From the human T2T-CHM13v2.0 reference genome, Homo sapiens, in assembly GCF_009914755.1 (NCBI RefSeq), contig NC_060938.1: a stretch of 64,000 bases of DNA; one strand, given 5' to 3'. Of the stretch, positions 58,455-64,000 are shown piece by piece. The notes below the pieces were generated by a model, which worked only from the letters and a program-made list of their open reading frames with translations, had not been told where the DNA came from and made no database searches. The number at the start of each line of letters is the position of its first letter. The first letter of the stretch is position 1. Both the position numbers and the translations under genes were made by a program.

Positions 58455-59464
58455 TTGTACAGTTGGTCTGGAACTCCTGGGCTCAAGCAATCCTCTCACC
58501 TCAGCCTGCCAAAGTTCTGCGATTATAGGTGCGAGCCACCACACCTGGCCACAGGCACATATTATTTTTCCTGTGTTTCTTCAGGATGATTTTAAATGAT
58601 AGGGTCTCCCTCATGTTCTGGTTTTCCCATCTGCACTTGGGAAATAGTTGGCTAAGTTTAGCTTCATTTGAATAACTCAAACATGTGCTACATTGTTCCA
58701 CATGACTTCGTTTGTGGATTTTCTCCAATTTCTTTTTGTAAAAAATCCCTCTTGGAGGTTTTCACAAATATTTATTGAGCACCTACCATTTTTTCATGTC
58801 AGGGTGTGGAGCTCCTCGCTGACCTGCAACCTGGCTTCCCTGCCTTGTGCCTGTGCCTTCCTGCCCTCTCCCCTGGGCCGGGTCGCTGTGGCCCATGGCC
58901 TCTCTTTGCCCGCTGAACACTTATCCCTGCCATCATGTGCTCAGTAGCTTATCATAATCAGCCGGCCCTGTGACATGTATCAAACTTCTTGTGTGCTGTC
59001 TTCCAAGAGTCTTTTCACCCCTGGGCCCTCCCTCACTGAATATAGTATTCTCTTCCTTCTGGACACTAAAAGTACCCAATTTGTTAAAAGGATAATGGCC
59101 CCTTGCTTTCTACCTCTCCCCACTCAACTTTAGTAACCTGCTGTGGTCTTCAGCTCTCCAAGGGAAGTTTCTTCCTTTCTCAAAAGAATATGTTGACCAA
59201 ACAGCTTTACTTGCTTCCTCAGAGTCAGTACAGACTGAGGAAGAGCTCTGAATTTGTAGATCTCTTGGAACAATATGAACTGACTGGCCTCCTTGATTTG
59301 TGACCTCTTATATAGAGACATCACTCAATTATGTAATAAACATTTAGTTATTAAAACCTCTGCCCCCCTTTTAAAAAATAGTTGCCTTAACAGATTGCAA
59401 AAGACTATGCCCTAGGCTTTTATGGAATATGGACAGCTTCTTAGCTTAATTTCTCAGGATATAA

Positions 59465-60399
<935 letters not shown>

Positions 60400-61422
60400 T
60401 CAAGAGCAAGTTTTACAATCAGATCTTACAGGTTTAGAAATCGTTTTTAAGGATCAACATAATTTGCTCTCAAGCAGCTCTTGGAAGTAGAGGAGACATT
60501 GTTCATTCATGTTGTTTGCCTAAAGAACAACAACAACAAAACCCTCTAGAAGTTCTACATTGCATGGATTTGTCTTAACCAATGAAGATTAAAGAAAACA
60601 TCTGTCCAGTTCCCTCTTTAAAGATCTTCATAGGAGGAATTCTGGGCATGTGAAAGAGGTCAAGGTCACAGTGTAGGCTCCATCTATAGCACCGCAAGGT
60701 CTGGAATGGGGCCTTGCAAGGAACTTAGTTCCGGCTTCCTGCTAAGAATAAGCAGAAGACATTTACTTTTCATTATGTGGTTGCTTTCAACAGAATCTAT
60801 GAGAAAGTAAAAGGAAATTTCTAAAGTACTGCCAGATGGCGAGTACTTGGAGCACGGAAGCTAGAGACTAAAGCCCAATCAGAAAGAAACGTGACACACA
60901 GGACAAGACAGGCTCTTTTGAGAATACCTGAAACTAAAGCATTATAAACCTTCCATGAAGACATTTAGGCTGATTATAAAAAGTTGTTCCTTGGGTATGA
61001 GGTTTAGAAACAAAAGTCAAATTTAAGTGACAAGGAGGATCTCAACAGTAGCCTCCTATTAGCTACCTATTTGCTCTTGGCAAGTAAGTTTCTTCCCTGT
61101 TGAGGCTGTTTTTGAAGAGTTAGGGCTTCCTTTCCCCATCTTTGGTACAGATCAACTGGTATTGCCACTGCTGGTAAAAATTATGGCTTTTCATTCAAAA
61201 TAAATCCTTGTAGACAAAGCTCAGGTGTGTTTCCTTTAGTCTATGATACTCTGCCTTTTCCATTTTCACTGAAGCTGCCCGGAGCTAGTTTTACCAAATA
61301 TATATGTATATCTTTAAGCCTTCTAATGGTTTTACGTACCTGTAATTACTGCTTCTGCTGGTACTCTCTATATGAACCAGGGACTTTTTTTTTTTTTTTT
61401 TTGAGACGGAGTCTTTTTTTGA

Positions 61423-61617
<195 letters not shown>

Positions 61618-61811
61618 TAGGAGAGAAGGGGTTTCACTATGTTGGCCAGGTGGGTCTTGAACTCCTGACCTCATGATCCACCTGCCTCGCCCCCACAGCA
61701 TGCTGGGATTACAGGCATGAGCCACCGCACCTGGCCAAACCAGGGACATTTTAAAAGCAAAACAAAATAGATTCTAGGTGTTTTCAAGATTGCTTTGCTA
61801 TACAGCAATAA

Positions 61812-62077
<266 letters not shown>

Positions 62078-62532
62078 TAGTCTTGAACTCCTGACCTCAT
62101 GATCTGCCTGCCTCGGCCTCCCAAAGCACTGGGATTACAGACGTGAGCCACCATGCCCGGCAATAAAGCACTTTCAAATCATGAAAGTGTAGGATAATTT
62201 CTTGAGAGTCAACATCATTTTTAGAATTCCTATTTGCTAAAGTTAGCATTTATGGAAGGCCTGGATCTAGAGTACAGCAACGCCTTTAAAATCCAGGCTG
62301 CAAGAGAAGGTGTCTGGTAAGCTCCTTGACTTCTCAGCCATGACTTGGGCCATTTAGTAACATTTGTGTTGACCTTTTCATACAATGAGTCACAATATTG
62401 TGATTTGTATACTGACCAGATCTTTGAGCTTAGAGTTGATTTTCTAATAGAGCTGATAGGTCTGTTCTTGTCTATTCTCTCTTATGGGATTTACAGGATA
62501 GTGGTATAGCCTGTGAGTATGAAACAAAGAAC

Positions 62533-62615
62533 AAAGCCAACTGGACCACAAGGAGACTGAACCCCTGACCCGGGGCTCATTAGCTCCATTCTTAAACCAC
62601 GGCAGCTAAACAGTC
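62533..62615 (-). mobile_element. tRNA-Ile(AAT)-derived SINE relic (MamSINE1-like); not a functional tRNA
   Basis: Minus strand GACTGTTTAGCTGCCGTGGTTTAAGAATGGAGCTAATGAGCCCCGGGTCAGGGGTTCAGTCTCCTTGTGGTCCAGTTGGCTT aligns to tRNA-Ile-AAT with decayed A/B boxes plus a GTTAGCTT-like tail. Confidence 0.7.
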
Positions 62616-62767
62616 AGCCAATTAGAGGTTCACTTGGCAGCAGAGGCCAGAGCCATGTGCTGATCTCATCCAGGCTCAGGAAAGCACATCAAAAGGGCAG
62701 AGTAGGCCGGGTGTGGTGGCTCACGCCTGTAATCCCGGCACTTTGGGAGGCCGAGGTGGGCGGATCA

Positions 62768-63034
<267 letters not shown>

Positions 63035-63169
63035 TCACGTCCATTAGGCTGCACTGACTTTTAGTGTCACTTTTGCAGTGGATTTCAGAACCACCAAGAG
63101 TCTTTTAAAAATACAGTAGTTTTCTACACAATAGAAAAAATTTAAAAATCTTGGACTATAAATAAGTTT

Positions 63170-64000
63170 AATCTTACTATGTATCTTCTGCATCTAGATG
63201 TTTTGGTTCAGCATCAGATTGAGATTCATCTGTGCTGTTTTGTGTATTGGCATTTTATTCATTGCTGTTTTCATTCCATCTTAGGACTGGATTATAGTTG
63301 AGTCTACTGTTGAGACATTTGATTGTTCCTAGTTTCTTCCTAAGTTGTGCGCTTTGCATATTCTTGTGCTTGTCTCCCGGTGTGTATGCGCAGGAGTTTC
63401 CCTAGGGTGTTTGTATACCTCGCAGTGGAATTTCATGGGGGTAGGATAAATCTGTAATTTTACCAGATGATGTTGAAGTGTTTCTGAAGTGCTCTGTTCC
63501 AATTTATACTCCCACCAACAATACGTATTCCAATGATTCCATACTTGATAGTCAGATTTGAAATATTTTACTAATATGGGTAGACCTGAAACTGTATTTA
63601 AGATTTATTTCTCCCAAATTTTCTAGAATACTAGTGAAGTTAAACAGTTTTTCATAGATTTATTGGCCATTTCAGGTTTCCTCTTTTGTGAAATACCGAA
63701 TGTTTTGTCCATTTCTCCTTTGATTGATCTGTGTGCGGGTTCATTTTCTGGATACCAATCCTTTGTCAATTATGTGTTGCAAATATCCTCTCAACTGGAC
63801 TTGCCTTTTACTCTCTACGGCAGCTTCATAGTTCTCATTAATGTAATCAGTTTGTACTATTTGTGCCTCTACACGAAATATCTTTCCCCAATGTCATATA
63901 AATGGTCTGTCATCTTTTTAAAGTTGTGTGGTTTTGCCGTTCACATCCAACACTGTGACCCATTTGGAATTGATTTGGACTTATACATACAGGTATGAGG
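63170..64000 (-). mobile_element. Old L1M 3' region
   Basis: ccaatttatactcccaccaacaat, ttattggccatt, catttggaattgattt antisense L1 motifs. Confidence 0.75.

Noticed and set aside
58242-58544. KERK/EGRK-rich ORFs
   Set aside because: Translation of (TTTC)n/(TTCC)n microsatellite.
60829-60844. CTCF-like CTGCCAGATGGCGA
   Set aside because: Mismatch at a core position; too weak without binding data.
62542-62615. Functional tRNA-Ile gene
   Set aside because: Broken stems and a degenerate B box.

Overview
Primate (most likely human) genomic DNA with about 70 Alus plus L1, L2, MIR, LTR and DNA-transposon relics. It contains no intact protein-coding exon that I can support. A CpG-island promoter at ~2.7-3.8 kb drives a minus-strand gene whose non-coding first exon (donor at 3222) I recognise from memory as GNPNAT1. 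If that is right, the rest of the window is the GNPNAT1-FERMT2 interval of 14q22. Other clear features are a COPS9 (MYEOV2) processed pseudogene at 10.45-10.9 kb, a solo LTR7 (HERV-H) at 34.9-35.4 kb and nested ERV1 LTRs at 48.4-49.6 kb. Two linked observations are the most interesting. (1) An ancient ~10-kb inversion (~15.9-25.7 kb), shown by an inverted duplication at its breakpoints and by two L1 relics split across them. (2) A series of splice-site-flanked, stop-poor, K/E/Q-rich unique segments that read on the minus strand outside the inversion and on the plus strand inside it. These may be the remains of a lost multi-exon protein-coding gene (unitary pseudogene) broken by the inversion. 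The second point is inference from manual reading and needs cross-species alignment. Repeat subfamily names are from recalled consensus sequences, not a database search.
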